From contig NC_016893.1 of NCBI RefSeq assembly GCF_000247565.1, positions 540,001 to 572,000 on the forward strand: DNA of 32,000 bases, read 5' to 3'. Numbering within the stretch: position 1 is the stretch's first letter; the number at the start of each line of letters is the position of its first letter. This DNA comes from Wigglesworthia glossinidia endosymbiont of Glossina morsitans morsitans (Yale colony) (GTDB taxonomy: Bacteria > Pseudomonadota > Gammaproteobacteria > Enterobacterales > Enterobacteriaceae). Of this stretch, positions 1 through 8,404 are shown piece after piece. The notes beneath the pieces were generated by a model. The model worked only from the letters and a program-made list of their open reading frames with translations, was not told where the DNA came from and did not search any database. The position numbers were made by a program, and so were the translations under genes.

Positions 1-1
1 T

Positions 2-985
2 ATTTTACTTTCAGATAAAAAAATTTCTAATATTCGCGAAATGCTTCCAATTTTAGAATCTGTTGCGAAAGCAGGAAAGCCTCTATTAATTATTGCTGAA
101 GACGTAGAAGGGGAAGCATTAGCAACATTAGTTGTAAATAATATGCGAGGAATTGTTAAAGTTGCAGCAGTGAAAGCACCAGGATTTGGAGATCGCAGAA
201 AAGCTATGCTACAAGATATAGCTATATTGACTTCAGGAACTGTGATTTCAGAAGAAATGGGATTAGAATTAGAAAAAGCTGCATTAGAAGATATGGGACA
301 AGCAAAACGAGTAGTAATTACAAAAGATACTACTACTATTATAGATGGAACAGGGGATAAAGCAGTAATAAGTAGCAGAGTATCGCAAATTAATCAAGAA
401 CGCGACGAAGCATCATCAGATTATGATCGAGAAAAGCTTCAAGAACGTGTAGCTAAATTAGCAGGCGGAGTAGCCGTAATTAAAGTAGGAGCAGCTACTG
501 AAGTTGAAATGAAAGAGAAAAAAGCTAGAGTAGAAGATGCTTTACATGCTACTCGTGCAGCAGTAGAAGAAGGAGTAGTTGCAGGAGGCGGCGTAGCTTT
601 AATTAGAGTTGCTAATCGTATTGTAAATTTAAGAGGAGAAAATGAAGATCAAAATGTTGGAATTAGAGTAGCACGACGTGCTATGGAAGCTCCACTTCGT
701 CAGATCGTAGCTAATGCAGGAGAAGAACCATCTGTAATTGCTAATAAAGTTAAAGCAGGAGAAGGCAATACAGGATATAATGCAGCTACCGAAGTATATG
801 GAAACATGATTGATATGGGAATTCTAGATCCAACTAAGGTAACGAGATCGGCATTACAATACGCAGCTTCTATAGCTGGCTTAATGATTACAACAGAATG
901 TATGATTACAGATCTTCCAAAAGAAGAAAAACCAGACATGAGTAATGCAGGAGCTGGAATGGGAGGAATGGGAGGTATGATGTAA
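2..985 (+). CDS. groEL: Chaperonin GroEL, C-terminal about 327 aa (5' end lies outside the window)
   Basis: The frame is open from base 2 ([19 protein letters not shown]...). It is near-identical to E. coli GroEL over its length ([66 protein letters not shown]). It ends in the typical GGMGGMM tail. Confidence 0.97.
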   Translation: MLLSDKKISNIREMLPILESVAKAGKPLLIIAEDVEGEALATLVVNNMRGIVKVAAVKAPGFGDRRKAMLQDIAILTSGTVISEEMGLELEKAALEDMGQAKRVVITKDTTTIIDGTGDKAVISSRVSQINQERDEASSDYDREKLQERVAKLAGGVAVIKVGAATEVEMKEKKARVEDALHATRAAVEEGVVAGGGVALIRVANRIVNLRGENEDQNVGIRVARRAMEAPLRQIVANAGEEPSVIANKVKAGEGNTGYNAATEVYGNMIDMGILDPTKVTRSALQYAASIAGLMITTECMITDLPKEEKPDMSNAGAGMGGMGGMM

Positions 986-1046
986 AAAATTCCTCATATT
1001 TTTTTCTTTAAGAATGAAAAATTTAAAAATTTAAATGTAAAAATTA

Positions 1047-1084
1047 GGCCTCAAACTAACTAGTTTGAGGCCGAAAATTTTTTT
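1047..1084 (+). terminator. Rho-independent terminator downstream of groEL
   Basis: A perfect inverted repeat, GGCCTCAAACTA (1047-1058) and TAGTTTGAGGCC (1061-1072), is followed by a T7 run (1078-1084). It is the only GC-containing hairpin with a U-tract in the window. Confidence 0.8.
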
Positions 1085-1167
1085 AAAAATATTTAAATAA
1101 ATAAATAATTTTTTTAACAAAATTAATATTAATTTTATTTTTATATAGCTAACATTTATGATTAATC

Positions 1168-1794
1168 ATGTATAAATTAATATTAAAAACTATTTTTTTG
1201 ATATATATTTTAATTGGCAATAATTTTAAAAATTTTGCTTATTCAAGTGAATACAAAAAGCTAGATTTTTTTATTTCTAGTCAATATCAAATTATAGAAT
1301 TTTTTTCTTTTTATTGCACATACTGTTATCAGTTTGACGAAATATATCAAATTGACAAGCAAATAAAAAATAATTTTTTGAAAAAAAATAAATTTATAAA
1401 ATATCATGTAGATTTTCTTGGCTCAATGGGCAAGGAACTAACAATTGCATGGACAATAGCAAATTTTTTTAATATAGAGGAAAAAATTAGTCCCGAATTA
1501 TTTCAAATAGTGCAAAATGTCAATAAAAACATTACAAAAAAAGATATTTGGTTAATTTTTGAAAAATTTGGAATCAACAAAACGCAATATGAATCTGCAA
1601 AAAATAGTTTTGCGGTAAAATTTTTTTTAAGTCAACAATATAATATTGAAAAAAAATTAGATCTCAAAAGTGTTCCAAGTATTATAGTAAACAATCAATT
1701 TATTATAAATAACGACGAAATTCATGCTAGTTCTATAGAAAATTACACCGAAAGATATATTAACATAATTAGAAATTTATTATCTAATAATTAA
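1168..1794 (+). CDS. dsbA: Periplasmic thiol:disulfide oxidoreductase DsbA
   Basis: 208 aa, the same length as E. coli DsbA. It has a hydrophobic N-terminal signal-like segment, EFFSFYCTYCYQF aligning with EFFSFFCPHCYQFEE, KYHV, and the cis-Pro loop SVPSIIVNN aligning with GVPAMFVNG. Confidence 0.88.
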   Translation: MYKLILKTIFLIYILIGNNFKNFAYSSEYKKLDFFISSQYQIIEFFSFYCTYCYQFDEIYQIDKQIKNNFLKKNKFIKYHVDFLGSMGKELTIAWTIANFFNIEEKISPELFQIVQNVNKNITKKDIWLIFEKFGINKTQYESAKNSFAVKFFLSQQYNIEKKLDLKSVPSIIVNNQFIINNDEIHASSIENYTERYINIIRNLLSNN

Positions 1795-1849
1795 TATTAT
1801 CTAAAATAGAACTATCTTATATAAAAATTATATAAGTAAATTTTTAATT

Positions 1850-2671
1850 ATGAATTATATAAATGAAAAAATTATATTAATAGATGGTTCCATATATTTA
1901 TATCGTGCATATTATGGATTGCCTAATTTAAAAAATAAATTAGGACAACCAATAGGTGCTCTTTACGGAATGATTAGCATGATAAAAAAAATATTAAAAA
2001 AATATAATCCTTATTATATAGCTATAATATTTGATTCAGGAAAATGTAATTATAGAAGTCAAATATATGAATTATATAAAAAAAACAGAAACAAAATGCC
2101 AGATGATTTATATGTTCAAATACCCAGAATAAAAAAAATACTTAAAAAAATGGGATTATCTATTTTTTCCATTGAAGGTACAGAAGCTGATGATATTATT
2201 GGAACAATATCAAAATTATTAGAAAATCAAGGAAGAAAAACACTTATATTTACTAATGATAAAGATATGATGCAATTAGTATCAAATAATATAAACATAA
2301 TTCATGTCAGCTCTTATCAAAGATTTGATCCTTATGCCGTATATTTAAAATATAGAGTCTTTCCGCATGTAATTTCTGATTATCTTGCTTTGGTAGGAGA
2401 TGCATCAGATAATATTCCAGGAGCTCCTGGAATAGGAAAAAAAGCAGCCTCAATTTTATTATCTCAATTTTATTCTATTGAAGGCATTTACGAAAATATT
2501 AACAATATTAAAAATATGAATTTTTTTAATAAAAATAAAATAATTAAGTCTTTACAGAATAATAGATCTAAAATATTTAAGTATCATAAATTAACTAGAA
2601 TTAATACTGATATTAAAATAAGATTTTCTATTAAAGATATTAAATTAAAACATCAAAAATCTTATTATTAA
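1850..2671 (+). CDS. polA: Stand-alone 5'-3' exonuclease (FEN-like), homologous to the N-terminal 5'-nuclease domain of DNA polymerase I. No Klenow part is present.
   Basis: 273 aa. IILIDGSIYLYRAYY, GQPIGALYGM, NKMPDDLYVQI, GTEADDIIGT, NDKDMMQLVS and LVGDASDNIPGAPGIGKK align with E. coli PolA residues about 1-290. It lies next to dsbA, close to the E. coli dsbA-yihF-yihG-polA arrangement. An Xni/ExoIX ortholog cannot be fully excluded. Confidence 0.8.
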   Translation: MNYINEKIILIDGSIYLYRAYYGLPNLKNKLGQPIGALYGMISMIKKILKKYNPYYIAIIFDSGKCNYRSQIYELYKKNRNKMPDDLYVQIPRIKKILKKMGLSIFSIEGTEADDIIGTISKLLENQGRKTLIFTNDKDMMQLVSNNINIIHVSSYQRFDPYAVYLKYRVFPHVISDYLALVGDASDNIPGAPGIGKKAASILLSQFYSIEGIYENINNIKNMNFFNKNKIIKSLQNNRSKIFKYHKLTRINTDIKIRFSIKDIKLKHQKSYY

Positions 2672-2796
2672 TAATAATATTTTATATTTTAATTTTCATA
2701 ATTATTTTATAAAATGTGAATTTTTTATTTTTTAAAAAATAAAGTTTATTGATTTCATTAAAATAAGGTTAAAGATTATTTAAAATCAAAAAAACC

Positions 2797-3138
2797 TTAT
2801 TTAAGCGATTTCAAAGTTCCCTTTGGAAAAATATTAGTAATACAATCTTTTTTAATTATTATTAAATTGTTTTCGTACAATTCTAATAAAATATAATTTA
2901 TATCTATAATTTTTATTATTTTCCCAATAATTCCCGAAGAAGTAAGCACTTCGTCTCCTTTCGCTAAAGAAGTAATTAATTTTTTATGTACATTAGCTCT
3001 TTTTTGTTGAGGTCTTAAAATAATAAAATAAAAAACAATACCAAATATTAATAGCATTATTAATAGCGTATATGGGTTATTTTGTGTATTTGGAATTGGA
3101 TTTTTATCGAAATTTATGTTGTCAAAAAATACATTCAT
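2797..3138 (-). CDS. yajC: Preprotein translocase accessory subunit YajC
   Basis: 113 aa. LLIMLLIFGIVFYFIILRPQQKR...HKKLITSLAKGDEVLTSSGIIGKI matches E. coli YajC (MLVVFGLIFYFMILRPQQKR...SIAKGDEVLT). The C-terminal PKGTLKSL also matches. Confidence 0.92.
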   Translation of the reverse strand: MNVFFDNINFDKNPIPNTQNNPYTLLIMLLIFGIVFYFIILRPQQKRANVHKKLITSLAKGDEVLTSSGIIGKIIKIIDINYILLELYENNLIIIKKDCITNIFPKGTLKSLK

Positions 3139-3536
3139 TATATTTTATCTCGGAAAATATTGTAACTTGTATATTATTTTTATTTTTTTTTAAAATTTTG
3201 AATTATACTGAATTCTATTTATTTTGATTTCATTTTTTAATTAATCAAATTAAATTTAACTAATATCTTAAAAAGAACCTACTTATTTCTAATAAGATTT
3301 TTTTATTACCGTGATTATAGTATAAAATATATATGTTTTAAATACTTTATAATAAATTTATCAAAATTTTAACTTTATAAAAGTTTATATTTAAAATGAA
3401 ATATCTTTTCAAAAGATAATAATAAATTTTTTTACATTAGTAATGTATATAGATTTACAATCTGTTAACTTAGATTGAAGTTAAATAAACTTCTATCATT
3501 AATAATATTTTCAATATAATTTATTTGGTCAAATAT

Positions 3537-5282
3537 ATGTCAAAAAAAAATTTTTCTACTTGGCGTATTTTTTGTCGTTTATGGTCTATCATTTCACCTT
3601 TTAAAGGAGGGTTAATTATTGCAACAATAGCTCTAATAATTAACGCTACAAGTGATACGCTTATGTTATCTTTACTTAAACCTTTATTAGATGATGGATT
3701 TAAAGGACTTAATAATATCATTCCTATTTGGATGCCTCTTACAATTATCGTTTTAATGTGTTCTCGAGGTAGTAGCGGATTTATATCGAATTATTGTTTA
3801 TCTTGGGTGTCTGGAAAAGTAGTTATGCGTATGCGAAAAAATCTATTTCAACATATTATGCAAATGCCTGTATCTTTTTTTGATCGAAAATCAACTGGTA
3901 CACTATTATCGCATATTACTTATGATACAGAACAAGTTGCATCATCATCTTCCAGTGTATTGATTACTGTTGTACGAGAAGGATCATTAATAATTGGATT
4001 ATTTTTTATGATATTTTATCATAGTTGGCAACTATCATCTATTTTAATCGTAATCACTCCTATAGTATTTTTTTTTATTAAATATATCTCTAAAAAATTT
4101 AGAAAAATTAACAAAAAAATTCAAAACAATATGGGCATGGTTACTAATAGTGCAGAACAAATGTTAAAAGGTCACAAAGAAATTCGTATTTTTGGTGGTC
4201 AAAAAAAAGAAAGCGAACGTTTTAATTATTTTAGTAATTTCATGAGACAACAAAGCATGAAAGTAGTAGTAGCATCTGCTGGATTAGACGTTATTATACA
4301 ATTTATTGCATCTTTAGCATTAGCAGGAATATTATATATCGCTAGTTTGCCTAAAGTTATAGAAAGTTTAACAGCAGGAACGATTACAGTAATTTTTTCT
4401 TCTATGATCGCGTTAATGCGTCCATTAAAATCGTTAACAAATGTAAACTCACATTTTCAAAAAGGCATGGTGGCATGTCAAACGTTGTTTTCTATATTAG
4501 ATATTCAAAAAGAACAAGATTACGGATCTCTACACATTAAAAGAGCACGAGGCGAAATTAAGTTTAAAAATGTTACATTTACTTATCCCGGGAAAACTCA
4601 GCCATCCTTAAAAAATATTAATATTAAAATTTCAGCAGGATACACTGTTGCTTTAATTGGATCTTCTGGTTCAGGAAAATCAACTTTAATAAATTTATTA
4701 ACTAGATTTTATGATGCGAATCAAGGCACTATTTTTCTTGATAATATCGATTTAAAAAAATATAAATTAGATAACTTAAGAAATCAGATGGCTTTAGTAT
4801 CACAAAATGTGTATTTATTTAACGATACTATAGCAAATAATATTGCATATGCAAAAAAAGATATTTATTCTAAAAAACAAATTGAAAAAGCTGCTTCTAT
4901 GGCATATGCAATGAATTTTATTATTAAAATGAAAAACGGATTAAATACAATTATAGGTGAAAATGGTACGTTATTATCTGGAGGACAACGTCAAAGAATT
5001 GCGATTGCAAGAGCTCTATTACGCGATTGTCCGATTTTAATTCTCGATGAAGCTACATCTGCTTTAGATATAGAATCTGAAATAGCTATACAAAAAGCAC
5101 TAAATAAACTGAAAAAAAATCGTACATCTCTAATTATAGCACATCGTATTTCTACTATAAAAAAATCTGATATAATATTATTAGTAGAAAACGGAAAAAT
5201 AATAGAACATGGCAATCATCATGAACTTATGGAACTCCAAGGGACATATGCTCATATGCACTATCTGCAATTGGGTAAATAA
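3537..5282 (+). CDS. msbA: Lipid A/LPS flippase, ABC transporter MsbA
   Basis: Collinear with E. coli MsbA over its full length (STWRIF.RLW, LLKPLLDDGF, SWVSGKVVMRMR, FFD..STGTLLS.ITYD.EQVASSSS). It has Walker A GSSGSGKST, signature LSGGQRQRIAIARALL and Walker B ILILDEATSALD. I prefer the ATG at 3537 (MSKKNFSTW) over the TTG at 3525 used by the ORF track. Confidence 0.95.
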   Translation: MSKKNFSTWRIFCRLWSIISPFKGGLIIATIALIINATSDTLMLSLLKPLLDDGFKGLNNIIPIWMPLTIIVLMCSRGSSGFISNYCLSWVSGKVVMRMRKNLFQHIMQMPVSFFDRKSTGTLLSHITYDTEQVASSSSSVLITVVREGSLIIGLFFMIFYHSWQLSSILIVITPIVFFFIKYISKKFRKINKKIQNNMGMVTNSAEQMLKGHKEIRIFGGQKKESERFNYFSNFMRQQSMKVVVASAGLDVIIQFIASLALAGILYIASLPKVIESLTAGTITVIFSSMIALMRPLKSLTNVNSHFQKGMVACQTLFSILDIQKEQDYGSLHIKRARGEIKFKNVTFTYPGKTQPSLKNINIKISAGYTVALIGSSGSGKSTLINLLTRFYDANQGTIFLDNIDLKKYKLDNLRNQMALVSQNVYLFNDTIANNIAYAKKDIYSKKQIEKAASMAYAMNFIIKMKNGLNTIIGENGTLLSGGQRQRIAIARALLRDCPILILDEATSALDIESEIAIQKALNKLKKNRTSLIIAHRISTIKKSDIILLVENGKIIEHGNHHELMELQGTYAHMHYLQLGK

Positions 5283-5531
5283 CAAAAAATATCGAATTAA
5301 AAGATTTTTTGTATCTTTTATCGAATATATTTGGTTTCAAAAAACTATATTCATATTTTTTTTATTTCCATTTTCAATGATATATTTATGTGTTACTAAA
5401 TTTATTCATATTTTATACAAAATTGGTTATAAAAAAATAAAAAAATTCGAAATTCCGATTATAGTTATAGGCAATATTACCGTTGGAGGCAATGGGAAAA
5501 CACCTTTAGTAATATGGTTATGTGAACAACT

Positions 5532-5542
5532 AAAAAAAAAAA
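5532..5542 (+). repeat. A11 homopolymer at the first lpxK frame change (frame 1 to frame 3)
   Basis: Counted directly: T at 5531, A at 5532-5542, T at 5543. One additional A gives L-K-K-K-N-W-Q-V-G-V-V-S-R-G-Y-G in a single frame. Confidence 0.95.
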
Positions 5543-5981
5543 TTGGCAAGTAGGCGTAGTTTCAAGAGGATATGGCAGAAAAAATAAAAAAATTTCTGTA
5601 ATTGTTGATAAAAATACGACGCATGAAGAATGCGGAGATGAGCCGGCAATAATATATAACAAACTTCATATACCTGTTGCAGTAAGTTCTAATCGAATAG
5701 AAGCAGTAAATATGTTATTGAAATTAAACAATCTAGACGTTATTATTTCTGATGATGGTTTGCAACATTATTCAATGGGTCGATCTATTGAATGGATAGC
5801 AGTAGATTATAAAAAAAAATTCGGAAATAATTTGCTTTTACCAGCAGGACCAATGCGAGAAACAAAAAATAAGTTATTTTCTGTAGAAAACGTAATTTTA
5901 AACGGATTTTGTATAAAATATAATAAAAATGTTCAAGCTAGATTTTATCATAAAAATTTTGCTATTAATTTAGTAACTAAT

Positions 5982-5992
5982 AAAAAAAAAAA
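5982..5992 (+). repeat. A11 homopolymer at the second lpxK frame change (frame 3 to frame 2)
   Basis: Counted directly: T at 5981, A at 5982-5992, T at 5993. One additional A gives N-K-K-K-K-L-S-H-L-F-P-L-V-A-I-A-G in a single frame. Confidence 0.95.
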
Positions 5993-6361
5993 TTATCACA
6001 CTTATTCCCACTTGTTGCTATAGCAGGAATTAGCAATCCAGGGAAATTTTTTAATATGCTACGAGATAGTAAAATATATCCTGTAAAAGAAATTAGTTTT
6101 TTAGATCATCAAAAATATCAGGAAAATATGCTTACTATCCTTACTTCAAAAGAAGAACAATTATTAATGACAGAAAAAGATGCAATAAAATGCAAAAAAT
6201 TTGCAAAAAATAATTGGTGGTATATACCTATATATGTTTGCATTAATAAAAAATTCAAAAAAGTTTTATTAAAACCAATAGAAAATAAAATAAAAAAATA
6301 TCGCAAAAAATTTAAAAAAATTTCTTATTAAATTTTAAATTGTTAATCTTAGGATTATTGT

Positions 6362-6526
6362 ATGGATCAAAAATTGTTAAATATTATTGCTTGTCCAATA
6401 TGTTATGGTAAATTAATTTTTTGTTCAGAAAAACAAGAACTGATTTGCAAATTAGATTTAGTAGCATTTCCTATTCATGAAGGTATTCCTATTTTAATAA
6501 AAAATGCAAGTTATTCAATAAAATAA
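6362..6526 (+). CDS. ycaR: Small zinc-ribbon protein YcaR (UPF0434/Trm112-like), 54 aa, not in the supplied ORF track
   Basis: My own translation is [55 protein letters not shown]. coli YcaR reads MDHRLLEIIACPVCNGKL...[24 protein letters not shown]. It sits between lpxK and kdsB, as in E. coli. Confidence 0.88.
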   Translation: MDQKLLNIIACPICYGKLIFCSEKQELICKLDLVAFPIHEGIPILIKNASYSIK

Positions 6527-6542
6527 ATAATAAGGCAAAATA

Positions 6543-7277
6543 ATGAATTTTATTATTATTATACCTGCAAGATTGTTATCAACCCGATTTCCTAATAAAC
6601 CTTTAGTGAAAATCGGCGGAAAACCGATGATAATAAGAACAATAGAATCTGCAGAACAATCAGGAGCAAAACGTATAATTGTTGCAACTGATCATCAGAA
6701 AATTGCAGATATGGTAAAAAAAAGCGGTAAAGAAGTTTATATAACAAAGAAACAACATAATTCTGGAACAGAAAGATTGTTTGAAGTGATCGAAAATTTC
6801 AAATTTGAAGATAATCAAATTGTTGTTAACCTACAAGTAGACGAACCATTTATTCCAGGTTGTGTAATAAAAAAAGTTGTGAATATTTTAAATAATAAAA
6901 ACGTAGATGTTTCTACTTTAGCTATTCCAACAAATAAAAAAGTAGAAATTTTTAATCCAAATACCGTAAAAGTGATTACTGATGCTTCTGGAAATGCTTT
7001 GTATTTTTCTCGTTCTGTAATTCCATGGTGCAAAAATTATAAATCTTTTAAATCAGTTTTTTTGAGGCACATAGGTATTTATGCATATCATGCAAAGTTC
7101 ATTCGTCTATATGTTAAATTATTACCTGTAAAAATAGAAAAATTAGAAAATTTAGAGCAATTAAGAATTTTATGGTATAGAAAAAAAATATATGTTTTAA
7201 TTGAAAATGTTCGTGAATGTATTAGTATTAATACTCCAGAAGATCTGAAACACATCAATAAATTTTTTAAATTTTAA
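6543..7277 (+). CDS. kdsB: 3-deoxy-manno-octulosonate cytidylyltransferase (CMP-Kdo synthetase)
   Basis: 244 aa. IIIPARLLSTRFPNKPL, GKPMI, RIIVATDH, HNSGTERL, NLQVDEPFIP, ALYFSRSVIPW, LRHIGIYAY and LEQLRILWY are collinear with E. coli KdsB. Confidence 0.94.
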   Translation: MNFIIIIPARLLSTRFPNKPLVKIGGKPMIIRTIESAEQSGAKRIIVATDHQKIADMVKKSGKEVYITKKQHNSGTERLFEVIENFKFEDNQIVVNLQVDEPFIPGCVIKKVVNILNNKNVDVSTLAIPTNKKVEIFNPNTVKVITDASGNALYFSRSVIPWCKNYKSFKSVFLRHIGIYAYHAKFIRLYVKLLPVKIEKLENLEQLRILWYRKKIYVLIENVRECISINTPEDLKHINKFFKF

Positions 7278-7300
7278 CAATTCAAATTTTTAAAAAATTT

Positions 7301-7645
7301 TTATAAACGTTCTTTAACTCTTGCAGATTTTCCAGATTTGTATCTTAAATAATATAATTTTGATTTTCTTACAATACTATGACGTTGCACAATAAAGCTT
7401 TCAATAATAGGAGAATGTATATGAAATAAGCGCTCTACTCCTTCGCCATTTGATATCTTTCTTAAAGTAATTGAAGAGCTAATATGTTTATTTTTCATTG
7501 CAATTATCATGCCTTCAAATATTTGAATTCTTTTCTTTTCTCCTTCTACAATCCATAATCTAATTTTTACAATGTCTCCTGAGCAAAATTTTGGTAAATT
7601 TTTTTTTATTTGAAAATCGTTTATAGATTTTATAATATTATTCAT
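7301..7645 (-). CDS. rplS: 50S ribosomal protein L19
   Basis: 114 aa. MNNIIK..., GD.V.I..W.VEG.KKR.Q.FEG..IA, RKISNGEGVER.F..HSP and KLYYLR...GK.AR.KERL match E. coli RplS. It is the last gene of the rpsP-rimM-trmD-rplS operon. Confidence 0.96.
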   Translation of the reverse strand: MNNIIKSINDFQIKKNLPKFCSGDIVKIRLWIVEGEKKRIQIFEGMIIAMKNKHISSSITLRKISNGEGVERLFHIHSPIIESFIVQRHSIVRKSKLYYLRYKSGKSARVKERL

Positions 7646-8400
7646 TTTCTGAATACCTCTTTTTTTTGATAAAATTCAAATTGGAACTCGTGTAAAAGTT
7701 TTTTTTGTTTATATGTTAAATTTATATTATCTAGCAATTTTGGTTTTTTTATCCACGTTTGTCCTAATGCATGTTTTAATCTCCATTCTGCTATTTTTTT
7801 ATGATTTCCTGATAATAATACTGAAGGAACTTTCATGTTGTTAAACATTTTTGGATATGTATAATCTGGACAGCTTAAAATTCCATTAAAAAAAGAATCT
7901 GTTGTATAAGATTTTTTTTTTAGTACTCCTGGAATCATTCTTGAAATAGCATCAATTAAAATCATTGCAGCTAATTCTCCTCCACTTAAAATATAATCCC
8001 CTATGGAGATTTCTTCATCTACTTCAGAAAAAATTATACGTTCATCAATGCCTTTATATCTTCCGCATATTATAAGTAATTTTTTATTTTTCAATAATTG
8101 TACAATTTTAAATTGATTTAATAAATCTCCTTTTGGAGAAACGTATATAGTTTTTATTTGAGATCCCAATTCTTTTTTTGCTGTGAGGATTGTATTCTGT
8201 AATGGTTTAGGTTGCATTAACATTCCAGAACCTCCTCCATATATTTTATGATCAATTTTTCTTCTTTTATTTTCTGAATAATCTCTAGGATTCCAAAAAC
8301 TTAAATTTAAATAATTTTTTTTTAATATATTTTTAATAATTCCATGATTCATAAAATCATAAAACATACTAGGAAATATTGTAATTATACCAATTTGCAT
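7642..8400 (-). CDS. trmD: tRNA (guanine37-N1)-methyltransferase
   Basis: 252 aa. MQIGIITIFPSMF, RDYSENKRRKIDHKIYGGGSGMLM, ICGRYKGIDERI, ISIGDYILSGGELAAM..IDA..R..PGV and HKKIAEWR are present. Its stop overlaps the rplS start by 4 nt (ATGA). Confidence 0.95.
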   Translation of the reverse strand: MQIGIITIFPSMFYDFMNHGIIKNILKKNYLNLSFWNPRDYSENKRRKIDHKIYGGGSGMLMQPKPLQNTILTAKKELGSQIKTIYVSPKGDLLNQFKIVQLLKNKKLLIICGRYKGIDERIIFSEVDEEISIGDYILSGGELAAMILIDAISRMIPGVLKKKSYTTDSFFNGILSCPDYTYPKMFNNMKVPSVLLSGNHKKIAEWRLKHALGQTWIKKPKLLDNINLTYKQKKLLHEFQFEFYQKKEVFRK

Positions 8401-8404
8401 GATT

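Larger units (their letters stand above)
5248..6331 (+). pseudogene. lpxK: Tetraacyldisaccharide 4'-kinase LpxK, interrupted by two frame changes inside A11 tracts. It may still be expressed.
   Basis: Homology to E. coli LpxK continues across three frames. Frame 1 runs to about 5542 (IEYIW..., IVIGNITVGGNGKTPLVIWLCEQLKKK). Frame 3 covers 5541-6020 (NWQVGVVSRGYGRK, GDEPAIIY, DDGLQHY, LPAGPMRE). Frame 2 starts at 5993 (LVAIAGISNPGKFF, LDHQ, MTEKDAIKCKKFAKNNWWYIP). It occupies the msbA-lpxK-ycaR-kdsB position as in E. coli. The start is uncertain, because the first in-frame ATG (5248) overlaps the msbA 3' end. Confidence 0.9.

Noticed and set aside
700-939. A 79-aa ORF antisense to groEL. Similar antisense or out-of-frame ORFs in the track are 3521-3721, 4991-5215, 5477-5662, 6118-6306, 6815-7033, 9405-9611, 14365-14559, 16923-17105, 22225-22413 and 28230-28496.
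   Set aside because: Each lies wholly inside a strongly supported conserved gene on the other strand or in another frame. They have low-complexity composition and no recognisable motifs. These are expected shadow ORFs.
1816-1836. An AT-only hairpin, CTTATATA-AAAAT-TATATAAG, followed by T5, considered as a dsbA terminator
   Set aside because: The stem is entirely A/T apart from the terminal C-G pair. Such palindromes are expected by chance at this base composition, so this is not reported as a feature.
3403-3417. Short palindromes in spacers: ATCTTTT-C-AAAAGAT (3403-3417), GAAGTT-N5-AACTTC (3476-3492) and TTTCTTT-G-AAAGAAA (19440-19454), considered as operator sites
   Set aside because: They are 6-7 bp arms in AT-rich DNA, with no recurrence of a shared motif and no known regulator to assign. 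They are indistinguishable from chance.
3525-3536. N-terminal extensions in the ORF track: TTG 3525 for msbA, GTG 27994 for greA, ATG 21845 for ribB, and ATG 5209 for the lpxK first fragment
   Set aside because: Alignment with the E. coli proteins places the N-termini at 3537, 28045 and 21860. For lpxK, 5209-5247 lies deep inside msbA coding sequence. The extra residues have no counterpart in homologs.
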